NCBI GenBank assembly: GCA_019057795.1
Contig: JAHLWS010000077.1
Location: forward strand, 96,001-160,000
Direction: 5' to 3'
From: Promethearchaeota archaeon
GTDB taxonomy: Archaea; Asgardarchaeota; Lokiarchaeia; Sigyniarchaeales; SOKP01
Length of the DNA: 64,000 nt
Shown piece after piece: positions 9,446 to 18,704 of this stretch (positions are counted from its first letter, which is position 1; every line of letters starts with the position of its first letter). A program made the position numbers and the translations under genes. The notes beneath the pieces are model-generated. The model was not told the origin of the DNA. It was given only the letters and a program-made list of their open reading frames with translations, and made no database searches.

Positions 9446-11815
9446 ATGGAATGCAAATTCTGCGAGAGTCAAAACATTTCTTTTACCTGTGAGAAATGCA
9501 AATCAAGTTTTTGCATCCATCATATGGCTACAACAGAAAGTTGGCTTTGTAAAAAACATGGAATACTCTATTCAAAAGCAAGCGCTGCTGAAAAGTATTA
9601 TAAATGTACCGTTATTGAAAATAGTAAGTGCCCTGAGTGCGAAGCGTTTTTAAGGTTAGAGAGACTGTCGTCTGGTCAATATTATTTAGAGTGCACTGAT
9701 GAAACTTGTGCCTGGAACTCCTACTTAAAGTCCCCTGGTTTATTTTTTCCGACTAAAGAACAACTAGCAAGAGAAGCAACTAAGTATAATTTAATAAAAG
9801 GATATCGGTTAAATTTATGTCGTAGGTCTTTAAAAAGGATAATCGGAAAAAATGTTTGTCCTAATTGCTTTTTAGAATTTTTAAAGAGATCGACAATCGC
9901 TAACTTCTCTACGATTATGGAGTCTTTTAATATATCCGCCCAACAAATGATAAAATTAATTAATCAATACATCGACGAGGAGCGTATCTACGGCATACTC
10001 GATCAGAAGGACCAAATGTTTTATTACATTTCGTACGAGATGAGAGAAAAAATCCTTTCAAAAATACAAAACGAGGGTATTTTGAAAGTAGCTGATTTAG
10101 CCACCATGCTTGACATGAGTTCTGAAATAGCCATTAAAGTTATATATAAATTAATAAGTCAATTTCAGATAAAAGGTTCCTTTTCACAAACTAAGAAATT
10201 TTATTATACTCAAAGATATATTATGGACCATTTAATTAAAGAAATAAATAAACAGGGAAGAATTTCATTAGATAAACTTGCGAAAGTTTTTGATATACCA
10301 AAGGAACTGTCGAAATCGTTTTGCGTCAATTTAATGAGAACTAATGCCGTTACCGCATTTTTTGCGGATCGTGGCAATGAAATTATTACTTCTGATAAAA
10401 TTTATAAAGAAATCAAAGATTTTTCTAAAGAAAACGGATTGTTTGAATTAACTAAGCTTGCAAAAAAGTTAAAAATCGCAGAAGAACTAGCAAGGAAATC
10501 ACTCCACGACCTTATCAAATCGGGTTCGATAAAAGGAATTTTCACTCAAAGAAGAGAATTTATGACGCGAAAATACCTTGAAGATAAAATAAAAGAACTA
10601 GCAAGAGCATATAGAACTATGCCTTTGAGAGAATTATCGAATCGATTGGGGGTTACTGAATCCAGTATAGAAGAAAATCTAGCTCAATTAATTGGAAGGG
10701 GCGACATTGATGGTTACATTGACATGCACAAGAGAATTTTTATGGCTTATAGTGTCCCCCGAACACAAGCAGGATCAACTCGTACGAAACAGAAAAAGCC
10801 CCAACCAATTGACGAGGGTAAAATTGAGGTTGTAAGGGATTACGATTTTGAAGGTGGACAGTTACATTTCAAAGTAGCCGTTAGGAATAAGAGCAATATG
10901 GCAATAAATAATGTTAAAATTCTATTGGACGCACCCTCAAGTTATAAGATAAAACAACCATTAATCAACGTTCCAGTAATCGAGTCCAAGAATTCTAGGG
11001 GTGTAGATTTTTATTTAGAGCCTAAGCAATGCGGTGTGTCGAATATTAGTGGTACAGTTATTTATCGAACAGCTTCAGGAACTAAAAAAACAATCAACAT
11101 ACGGAAAATGGAAGTTCAAATCAAATGTCCCTTGGTTTGCACTTCTATGAGTACAATAGAGGATTGTCAAGTCGCTATACAAACGCTTGGAAATGATGCA
11201 CGGGCGTTTTTAATTGCCGACTTAGACCCGCGATTAGCTTATAGAGCTGCCATAAGAACTCTGAAAAACTTTGATACAAGCGCTGTTACTTCCCATGAAA
11301 GTTCAGATGCTACAGGAAATTACGAAGGGGAGGCGTGGTTTTGTTCGGAAGCAAAAACTACTGGAGGGAGAATTATAACGAGAATTTACGTTAACGAGAC
11401 GAGTCAATCGTTAGAAGTTAGGGTCTGGTGTGGAAACCCAGGACAACTTACAGGATTTTTAGCAAAAATTATCGAAATTCTCTTTGAGGAAATTAATATC
11501 ATTCGGAAGATTAAGTCAGAAGAAAGGGAGAAAACCATTGATATTATGGCAATCACTCAAAACTTAGCAGAAGTCAGCGATTATTGTATGCTTAGATGGA
11601 AAGCACAGAACATAAGAAATAAACTACATGATACTTTTATTCGATTACGTAAAGTAATAGGAGACAAAGAGGCGATCTTAGGTAGAATTGAATTTTGGTT
11701 GACGCAGTTGAATAAGTACGGCAAAGACGATAAAATTAGCGATGAGGACGCCGATAAACTAGTGAACGATGTAGAAAAATTTAAAAATGTCATTGCTCGA
11801 GCCATAAGATTGTAA
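9446..11815 (+). CDS. Multidomain protein: AN1-like/Zn-ribbon N-terminus, tandem winged-helix (PCI/UFL1-like) repeats, C-terminal adaptin-ear (GAE)+platform-like region
   Basis: CxxC-x8-CxxC-x4-CxHH; about 5 repeats of the type L..LA..L.......LI..G.I.G.F; beta-rich HFKVAVRNKSNMAINNVKILL...VDFYLEP...ISGTVIY; helical end. Confidence 0.65.
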   Translation: MECKFCESQNISFTCEKCKSSFCIHHMATTESWLCKKHGILYSKASAAEKYYKCTVIENSKCPECEAFLRLERLSSGQYYLECTDETCAWNSYLKSPGLFFPTKEQLAREATKYNLIKGYRLNLCRRSLKRIIGKNVCPNCFLEFLKRSTIANFSTIMESFNISAQQMIKLINQYIDEERIYGILDQKDQMFYYISYEMREKILSKIQNEGILKVADLATMLDMSSEIAIKVIYKLISQFQIKGSFSQTKKFYYTQRYIMDHLIKEINKQGRISLDKLAKVFDIPKELSKSFCVNLMRTNAVTAFFADRGNEIITSDKIYKEIKDFSKENGLFELTKLAKKLKIAEELARKSLHDLIKSGSIKGIFTQRREFMTRKYLEDKIKELARAYRTMPLRELSNRLGVTESSIEENLAQLIGRGDIDGYIDMHKRIFMAYSVPRTQAGSTRTKQKKPQPIDEGKIEVVRDYDFEGGQLHFKVAVRNKSNMAINNVKILLDAPSSYKIKQPLINVPVIESKNSRGVDFYLEPKQCGVSNISGTVIYRTASGTKKTINIRKMEVQIKCPLVCTSMSTIEDCQVAIQTLGNDARAFLIADLDPRLAYRAAIRTLKNFDTSAVTSHESSDATGNYEGEAWFCSEAKTTGGRIITRIYVNETSQSLEVRVWCGNPGQLTGFLAKIIEILFEEINIIRKIKSEEREKTIDIMAITQNLAEVSDYCMLRWKAQNIRNKLHDTFIRLRKVIGDKEAILGRIEFWLTQLNKYGKDDKISDEDADKLVNDVEKFKNVIARAIRL

Positions 11816-11901
11816 TTATTTTTTATAAAAACATTTATAAGTGTTATGACAAATTTATATTATTAAGATAGAAGAAGAGTTTAAATAATAAGTGGAAAAT
11901 T

Positions 11902-12327
11902 ATGCCAATAATTTCATTCTCAATAAATGAAAACCTAAAGCAGTTTATTAATAAATTAGTATCTAAAAATCAATATGAAAACAAATCTAAATTAATAAGA
12001 GATGCTTTATTAAGGTTAATGTCAGATATAGAGGTCTCAAATTTAGAGTCGTACGGAGAATCCTACGGAGAAACAATTCCAACTACCAAAAAAATTGTTG
12101 GAAATATGATAATTGTAGCTCCTCACGATCCGAATATTCAGAGAAAATTAAATAAGATAGAGAGTAGATATAACGAGCAAATATTAAATAAGAATCAACA
12201 TTTTCAAGGGGAAAATCTAATTATTTTTATGATTTTTGAAGGGACAGTACAAGAATTTCAAAATATTGTAGTTGATGTAAATGGAATTAAAGAACTTAAG
12301 AATTTCCGTTATTTGATTATAAATTAG
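11902..12327 (+). CDS. CopG/NikR-like ribbon-helix-helix transcriptional regulator
   Basis: IISFSINENL...YENKSKLIRDAL RHH signature plus a C-terminal ACT-like domain; the NikR His/Cys nickel ligands are mostly absent. Confidence 0.8.
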   Translation: MPIISFSINENLKQFINKLVSKNQYENKSKLIRDALLRLMSDIEVSNLESYGESYGETIPTTKKIVGNMIIVAPHDPNIQRKLNKIESRYNEQILNKNQHFQGENLIIFMIFEGTVQEFQNIVVDVNGIKELKNFRYLIIN

Positions 12328-12513
12328 TCTAAATTAAAGCATTTTATTATTATACTCCTTTTCAATATTCCATTCTCCTATTTTTACAATTACACTACAA
12401 CATTCCTATAACTTTATTTAAAACTTATCAAGGTGTAGGCGTAACTTTAATAAATATATCTAATTTAAATCAGTAATTTGATGCTTTATTTTAGCAAAAT
12501 TTAAACGAGAAAA

Positions 12514-13632
12514 ATGATTGAAAAAGAAGATAATATATACCGAAAGCTGCAACAGCAATTAGATACTTTACCCATAGGCTTTCCTGCGACTAAATCAGGT
12601 GTAGAAATTCGATTGTTAAAATTTTTCTTTACTCCTGAAGAAGCAGAAATTGCTTTTAACTTGCGATTTATCCCCGAACCCGTGAAAAAGATTTATCGCA
12701 GGGTTAAAAAAAAAGTAAAATCCATAGAGGAACTTGAGCTAATCTTAGACAAAATGTATCACAAGGGTGCTATTAATTTAAAAAAACTGGTGGATGAAAA
12801 TGGGGAAGAGATACGATATCATCTCGCCTTTTTAGCAGTAGGCATGTATGAGTATCAAGTAAAGTCGATTACAAAAGAATTTTACGAAGATATCGAGCAA
12901 TACTTTGAAGAGGAATACCGAGATGAAATCGTAAGCACTAAAATCAACCAATTACGAACAATTCCAGTTGAAGAAAGCATTACGCCAGAACACAATATTG
13001 CCACATACGACGAACTAAAAACTATAATTGAAAGTACCGAGAAGATTGCTATAATGGATTGCATATGCCAAAAAGGAAAAGATCTAATCGGCGAATCGTG
13101 TAAACAGACGAATATGCGCGAGCACTGTTTCGCACTAAATAATTCTGCTCAACATGTTGTAGACATAGATAACGGAAGATTTATAACAAATGATGAAGCT
13201 TTAAATATACTTAAAAAAGCACAAGAAGAAGGTTTAATTCTTCAACCTGGAAACGCTCAAGAGCCTAATTTCATTTGTTGTTGTTGTGGATGTTGTTGCG
13301 ATCTTATAACAAATTTAAAGAAAATTGAGCGTCCTTGGGAAATGTTTTATTCTAATTATTACGCTAAGGTTGATTCAGACTCATGTATCGGCTGTGAAAC
13401 CTGTTTAAATCGATGTCAGATGGATGCTATTTCGATGGTTGAGAGTATAGCTGTTGTTGAACAAAAGTTATGTATAGGGTGTGGTAATTGCGTAACCACT
13501 TGCCCAGAACAAGCAATAACGCTCAAAAGGAAAGATAAGGAGTTGATACCACCCAAAACTACAACAGATTTATACTTAAAAATGATGGTTAAAAAAGCAG
13601 AATTAAGGCGCGCAGAAAAAGGCACAACATAA
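12514..13632 (+). CDS. 4Fe-4S ferredoxin-domain protein
   Basis: CIC...C...C, ICCCCGCCC and two CxxCxxCxxxC motifs. Confidence 0.9.
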   Translation: MIEKEDNIYRKLQQQLDTLPIGFPATKSGVEIRLLKFFFTPEEAEIAFNLRFIPEPVKKIYRRVKKKVKSIEELELILDKMYHKGAINLKKLVDENGEEIRYHLAFLAVGMYEYQVKSITKEFYEDIEQYFEEEYRDEIVSTKINQLRTIPVEESITPEHNIATYDELKTIIESTEKIAIMDCICQKGKDLIGESCKQTNMREHCFALNNSAQHVVDIDNGRFITNDEALNILKKAQEEGLILQPGNAQEPNFICCCCGCCCDLITNLKKIERPWEMFYSNYYAKVDSDSCIGCETCLNRCQMDAISMVESIAVVEQKLCIGCGNCVTTCPEQAITLKRKDKELIPPKTTTDLYLKMMVKKAELRRAEKGTT

Positions 13633-13656
13633 AATATTTAATAGAGGTGAAAATTA

Positions 13657-14022
13657 ATGGGAAAAGGTGGTAAATATGGAAAAGGATATCAAAAAAAAGG
13701 TCAAAGTTCGAAAGGTTCAGGAAAAGGTGCTGGAGGAGCACCCATTCGCGGAGGAAAAATCAAAGCAAGTCATATTTTGGTTGACAAATTTAGTAGAGCC
13801 CAAGAATTACGTGAAGACATACAAGCAGGAGAGAAATTTGAAAGCTTGGCGCAAAAATTTTCTACTTGTCCAAGTAAAAAAAAGAGTGGCAATCTAGGAG
13901 ATTTCTCTAAGGGTGATATGGTTCCAGAGTTCTGGAACGCGTGTATGAAGCTAAAAATTGGTGAAATTTCTCAGCCAGTTAAAACTAAATATGGATATCA
14001 TATAATAAAAAGAACGGGTTAA
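13657..14022 (+). CDS. Parvulin-type peptidyl-prolyl isomerase with a Gly/Lys-rich N-terminal extension
   Basis: ASHILV, STCPS, GNLG, MVPEF and VKTKYGYHII; preceded by a gaggtga Shine-Dalgarno-like site. Confidence 0.92.
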   Translation: MGKGGKYGKGYQKKGQSSKGSGKGAGGAPIRGGKIKASHILVDKFSRAQELREDIQAGEKFESLAQKFSTCPSKKKSGNLGDFSKGDMVPEFWNACMKLKIGEISQPVKTKYGYHIIKRTG

Positions 14023-14033
14023 AAAAGAATAAA

Positions 14034-14135
14034 TAGCCCAGCACGGAATTCCGATTCACGAGAAATTCGTTAATTTTTCGAACCGTGGTCGCAGGGTTCA
14101 GGGCCCCATATGCTTGACCTCTACACCACTGGGCT
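14034..14135 (-). tRNA. tRNA-Gln(CUG) with a 29-nt intron in the T-loop (position 59/60; intron 14048-14076)
   Basis: Reverse complement AGCCCAG TG GTGTAGAGGTCAAGCAT A TGGGG CCCTGAA CCCTG CGAC CACGG TTCGAA[intron]T CCGTG CTGGGCT A; all stems pair. Confidence 0.88.
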
Positions 14136-14238
14136 TTAATAAAATAAAGATTTGATAAATTATAATATATTTTCTGTAAAAAATTTTATTATTTTGAATA
14201 AAGATAGATTTTTATATCTCTATAACCTTATAATTTAT

Positions 14239-14388
14239 TGGATTACACAGTTTCTTAAATGGAGGATGCTAAAAAAAAACTTGTTTTTCTTAATACTCTT
14301 CTAACTGAGGGGTATTAAAACCCGTGACTGAAAAAAACAAAACCCCGTATAAACTTAAAAAAAAATTTGCTTCTCCATGTGTAATCCA
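14239..14388. ncRNA. Candidate structured ncRNA or MITE-like element
   Basis: Perfect 11-bp terminal inverted repeat tggattacaca/tgtgtaatcca enclosing the nested stems atggag/ctccat, ttgtttttc/gaaaaa..caa and taatactctt/gggggtatta. Confidence 0.45.
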
Positions 14389-14582
14389 CTTTGTTTCATT
14401 AAAAAGTTAATATAATATCTTAGTAATTTTTATAAGATTAAAATTAAGAATTAGAAATGAGTTGAAACTGCTGAATAGTTAAGGATTTATTAATGCTTAA
14501 GATTGTATTTTCTAAAAATCTCGTAAAAATTGAGTGCTTTACACATGAATAAGATAAGTTCTATTACGCGTAAAGGTTCTAC

Positions 14583-14858
14583 TTAAATATTTGACATAGA
14601 AATTAGTGATTGAAATTTTTTCAATTTATCAAACAAGATTTCTATAATAATATCTGTTTTTTTAATTTCTAATTTTACTAACCTTTTTTTTAAAGAACTA
14701 TCAATAACGAGCTTAAAATCTTTATAATGAACTTGATCAAGAGGTTTAAATGGTCCTAATTCCTCTTTAATTGCCAATTTTATCAACCCACGAGCTGCTG
14801 GAGGGCTGATATTAATTAAACTTGAAAGATATTCTCCTAAATAATTAATTATTTCCAT
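14583..14858 (-). CDS. Small helical hypothetical protein, translationally coupled to the upstream 7TM gene
   Basis: 91-aa ORF overlapping the 3' end of 14845..15657; aggaggt SD-like site upstream. Confidence 0.7.
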   Translation of the reverse strand: MEIINYLGEYLSSLINISPPAARGLIKLAIKEELGPFKPLDQVHYKDFKLVIDSSLKKRLVKLEIKKTDIIIEILFDKLKKFQSLISMSNI

Positions 14859-15657
14859 TAGGACCTCCTTTCAATAATTGTAATTTTATTTGCGCCATTA
14901 ATTCGTCTTCAGATAATTCTTCGTCTTCAGTTTTAGAATAATCCCGATTGAAATAACTTTTTAACTTTTTAGGCATAACCCAGGCTATCAAACTCAAAAT
15001 AGCAAATATAATATTAAAGATTGTAATTATTATTGTTAATGTAGCCATTAAAGGAGATTCAAAACTAACTCTATAAGGCATTAAAATATTAGGGATATTT
15101 TGTGCTATTAAGAAGATCGCTGAAATTCCAACTATAAGATATCTCTTTTTTACCCATGGACTTATTTCACTCTTTTTAATTTTATAATACGCTGATAAAG
15201 ATGCGAATGAAAGCCAAAAACTTGAGATAAAAATCATGTAGGTTGCTAATCCTTTGACGATGTAGTACAATTCGGCAGATAACTCGAAATCAGTTATCGC
15301 ATATGCTATAATATAGAAAATTTTAGCTATTATTGCTGAAGATAGAACAAAAGAAAAAGCACTTCTACGTTCAGTATAAAAAGTAGATTTTACGAAAAAT
15401 ATTAATGCAAAGTGACCTGTTAAATTGAAAATATAATAAATCCATGAAATTAAGTTTACGCCAACAGTTGGTCTTCCAGCAGCAAAGACCATTCGCATTA
15501 TAAATTCAATAACTGTGAAAAAAAAATAAAAACTCAGCCAATATATGTTAGATAAACCGGTTCTTCTAATTCTTATTAGTAGATATGAGCCGATAAAAAA
15601 ATTCATTGAAAATAAAAAAGCTCCCATCAAATAAATGATAATTTGAGCATCCACCAT
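14845..15657 (-). CDS. Seven-transmembrane protein of unknown function
   Basis: Seven hydrophobic helices counted by eye, then the amphipathic PKKLKSYF segment and an acidic tail. Confidence 0.75.
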   Translation of the reverse strand: MVDAQIIIYLMGAFLFSMNFFIGSYLLIRIRRTGLSNIYWLSFYFFFTVIEFIMRMVFAAGRPTVGVNLISWIYYIFNLTGHFALIFFVKSTFYTERRSAFSFVLSSAIIAKIFYIIAYAITDFELSAELYYIVKGLATYMIFISSFWLSFASLSAYYKIKKSEISPWVKKRYLIVGISAIFLIAQNIPNILMPYRVSFESPLMATLTIIITIFNIIFAILSLIAWVMPKKLKSYFNRDYSKTEDEELSEDELMAQIKLQLLKGGPNGNN

Positions 15658-15817
15658 AATAATTTCCTTAACACAGTAATTAAAGTAATAATAATGTGAT
15701 AGTAATTATTAATAAACTTTCTCTTTGTATAGTTAAGCCTTCTGTATGGGATTTTTAAATACTACATAATGTATCTGTTAAAACTAGTGAATAAATCTCA
15801 ATTGAAATGGATTCTCT

Positions 15818-17026
15818 CTACTCAGGTTTTAACTGTGCGAAAATCTCGTTGAAATACTTATCACTCATTCCGGAGATATAATCACGTACGACCAAAGTTA
15901 ACTTATTTTGATTTTTAAGAGGTTTATAGTAAGTAGAATAATTTTTATCGTCGATGTATTCTATGTGATCTTTAAAAATTGGCGCGTCGAAGTTCTCTTC
16001 CTCCAAATCCTTCAAAGAACTTTCAAATATTAATTCAAACTGATAAGTTAAGTTTTCTATGTAAGAAATTTTTGAACTTTTGCTTTTGTAAAGATCTCTT
16101 CGACTGTATATTTGTTCATAATTAAATTCTTTCAATCTTTTTAGCGCTTCAAAAATTTCCTCACTATAACCGATTATGTCGCTATCAAGGCTATTATTTA
16201 AGAGGTCCATAATTAGAGTTTTCATTATTTTTCGGTTAGTATCGCCAAGTACATTTGTGCAACTTTTAGGTAAGTCAGACCTTTTAATGAATTTAATTAA
16301 AATCGCATCTTCGATATCTCTTCCGATATATGCTATGGTGTCTGCTAATCTAACCACTACTCCCTCGTAAGACATTGGGATTCTTTTTATTTTGTTTTCG
16401 TGGAATGCATCGTTATATTCATTTAAATGGTCTTCCCAAGTTTTTCCATTTACTTCAATTGGTTTTAACCCTTGTTCGTAAACTTCACCGTCGTGACAGA
16501 GAATCCCGTCCAATACCTGTAGTGTTAAATTTAATCCTTTCGCAGGTTTATTTGGAAACCTTTTTTCTAGGTACGACAACCATCTTATTCCTTGAGCATT
16601 ATGATTAAATGTCCCCATTTTATACTTGTTACTTATGTCATTAAGTATTTTTTCGCCCAGATGCCCCCTTGGGCTATGCCCTATGTCGTGTGCTAAACTT
16701 ATAGCTTCCATTAAATCAGTATTTAGTTTTAATATACGCCCGATTTGACGAGCAATTCTTGAGACTAATAAAACATGTAACGAGCGATGAGTAATATTTG
16801 CGTTGTTAACACCAAAGAAAACTTGTGTTTTATCTATATATCGCGCATATGCTTTGCTATGAACGATACGGTCAACATCTCTGAAAAAAGAGGGTCTAAT
16901 ATCGATTTTAGACTCAACATCTTCATCGTACAATCTTACCGCTTGAGAATCGGATATAGCTTTAAATCCAATATCGGAATCTCTACGCATATGTAACCTG
17001 TATATTTTAAGGTTTTTAGGATCCAT
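15818..17026 (-). CDS. dgt: Deoxyguanosinetriphosphate triphosphohydrolase (dGTPase-like HD protein)
   Basis: FFRDVDRIVHS, KTQVF, HRSLH, AHDIGHSP.GH.GE, ADTIAY...DIED and DYISGMSD. Confidence 0.9.
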   Translation of the reverse strand: MDPKNLKIYRLHMRRDSDIGFKAISDSQAVRLYDEDVESKIDIRPSFFRDVDRIVHSKAYARYIDKTQVFFGVNNANITHRSLHVLLVSRIARQIGRILKLNTDLMEAISLAHDIGHSPRGHLGEKILNDISNKYKMGTFNHNAQGIRWLSYLEKRFPNKPAKGLNLTLQVLDGILCHDGEVYEQGLKPIEVNGKTWEDHLNEYNDAFHENKIKRIPMSYEGVVVRLADTIAYIGRDIEDAILIKFIKRSDLPKSCTNVLGDTNRKIMKTLIMDLLNNSLDSDIIGYSEEIFEALKRLKEFNYEQIYSRRDLYKSKSSKISYIENLTYQFELIFESSLKDLEEENFDAPIFKDHIEYIDDKNYSTYYKPLKNQNKLTLVVRDYISGMSDKYFNEIFAQLKPE

Positions 17027-17071
17027 TGCTGCTTATTATAGGTCTCTTATCAAATATTTTATCAAATCGCA

Positions 17072-18022
17072 CTATATATTTCCAAATTTTATTAATATCG
17101 CGTCATGAGGACACTTCTCTTTACACTTCAAACAAAAGTTACACTCGCCTTTACCCGTGAAAAATTCAAACGGCTCATCTAATATTCTAATCTGTTTTGG
17201 ACAAACATCTTCACAGATTCCACACTCAGACCTACCTACACATTTAACAGGGTTTCTGGATAATTTTAAAAAAGAATAATCGGTTACGACTGAAGAAACT
17301 GCAGCAAAAGGGCAAATGTACCTACAGTATATTCGTGGATACCACACTGAAAGAACAATGATTAAAGTGTAGAAACCTATTATAATATATCCTCCAAGTT
17401 CTAAAGCATCGAATTTTACCGGCAAAAAGATATTCTGAATAATATCTGGAAGAAACACAAAAATAAATTCAGACAAAGAAAAAAATCCTATTGGTCGTTG
17501 AGCAAAAACACCTAAATAGGTTTTTAAATCAAGATGAAATAAGAAGTTCGTATTTTTTGTAATTCCTAATGGGAATATAATTAATGTGATAATAATTATA
17601 AAAACATACTTTAAGTTGAGAAGATTCTTATGGGTTTCAAGTTTTATCTTCTTTTTTTTAGTGGGTATCGCAGCACACACATCTTGGATCGCCCCAATCG
17701 GACATATCCATCCACAAAAAAACCGGTTTGAAAATAATAATATTAATATTAACACTGCAATAAGAAAAAATGGGAATACACCTTCTGCCATGGAGAAGAA
17801 GATATATTCTAACATTCCTGCTCCATTAGAAAGAGGATTTCTTGGCGTGTTTAAAACGGGTAGTGCCTTAATAATTCCTTCTAAAATTAATAGGTTAATA
17901 GGAAAAATTGTTTCAATAATTATGTAATTTATCAGTAAAAAAGCAAAAATCTGAATTATTCTTCGAGTGATTGTAATTAAGTTTGCTCTAATCTTTAACC
18001 TTTTAAATCTCAAAGATATCAC
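17072..18022 (-). CDS. NapH/MauN-like membrane 4Fe-4S protein
   Basis: RFFCGWICPIG, YCRYICP and C-terminal ferredoxin Cys motifs, plus TM helices. Confidence 0.88.
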   Translation of the reverse strand: MISLRFKRLKIRANLITITRRIIQIFAFLLINYIIIETIFPINLLILEGIIKALPVLNTPRNPLSNGAGMLEYIFFSMAEGVFPFFLIAVLILILLFSNRFFCGWICPIGAIQDVCAAIPTKKKKIKLETHKNLLNLKYVFIIIITLIIFPLGITKNTNFLFHLDLKTYLGVFAQRPIGFFSLSEFIFVFLPDIIQNIFLPVKFDALELGGYIIIGFYTLIIVLSVWYPRIYCRYICPFAAVSSVVTDYSFLKLSRNPVKCVGRSECGICEDVCPKQIRILDEPFEFFTGKGECNFCLKCKEKCPHDAILIKFGNI

Positions 18023-18142
18023 TTGCTAAATTTTAAATTAATAAATAATCGCTGGTTAAAAAAATTTAGTCTTCTAAAAAGGTAATGTGCGTTTTAGAAT
18101 TGAAAAAAGAGAAAATAAAAAAAATTAGAAAAAGTAATTTTA

Positions 18143-18577
18143 TTAAGCTTTTTTAATTTTACTGAAAGACTTTTTATACTCTTCGGGATTTCCACCCGTA
18201 CCAAGGTAATCTATGTAAACCTTTAAACTTTTTAAAAATAAATCCCCAGCCATTTCCATAATCATTCTTTGGTCTTCTAATTCAAATTCAGCCCAAAGCG
18301 TCACTATAGTTACATCGCCTTTCGGTTCGAAAATATAACCAATTTTTTTCATAGGGCTTCCCTCTTGAATTGATGTAATCTTCTCGTGAGGTATGTTCTC
18401 AATTTCTATGTTTGTCACATCCCCTACATTAGTTTTTAAAAAATATTTTTTGGATTCGAGTTGTTTGATTTCATTTACAACGATATTCCATCTTGGTAAA
18501 CCCATATAATCGTTTAATATCTCATAAACTTTTTCTACGGGAGCCTTAATTTCTATTTTTTTTTCTACTATTGGCAA
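18143..18577 (-). CDS. SRPBCC/polyketide-cyclase family protein
   Basis: IEIKAPVEKVYEIL.D...LPRW signature. Confidence 0.82.
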   Translation of the reverse strand: MPIVEKKIEIKAPVEKVYEILNDYMGLPRWNIVVNEIKQLESKKYFLKTNVGDVTNIEIENIPHEKITSIQEGSPMKKIGYIFEPKGDVTIVTLWAEFELEDQRMIMEMAGDLFLKSLKVYIDYLGTGGNPEEYKKSFSKIKKA

Positions 18578-18704
18578 AAAATCAACTCCTTTAAAATTTA
18601 TTTCTTTAGTTAATAGTTATAAATTATAATTTTTTAAAAAATTACAGTAAAATATTTAGCTGTAATTTAAATCTTTAATATAATAAAATAGAGAGATGAA
18701 TGGA

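Noticed and set aside
13270-13300. CCCCGCCC cysteine run (tgt repeats)
   Set aside because: It is a variant of the known ICNCCxCCC motif of this Fe-S protein family, not a microsatellite.
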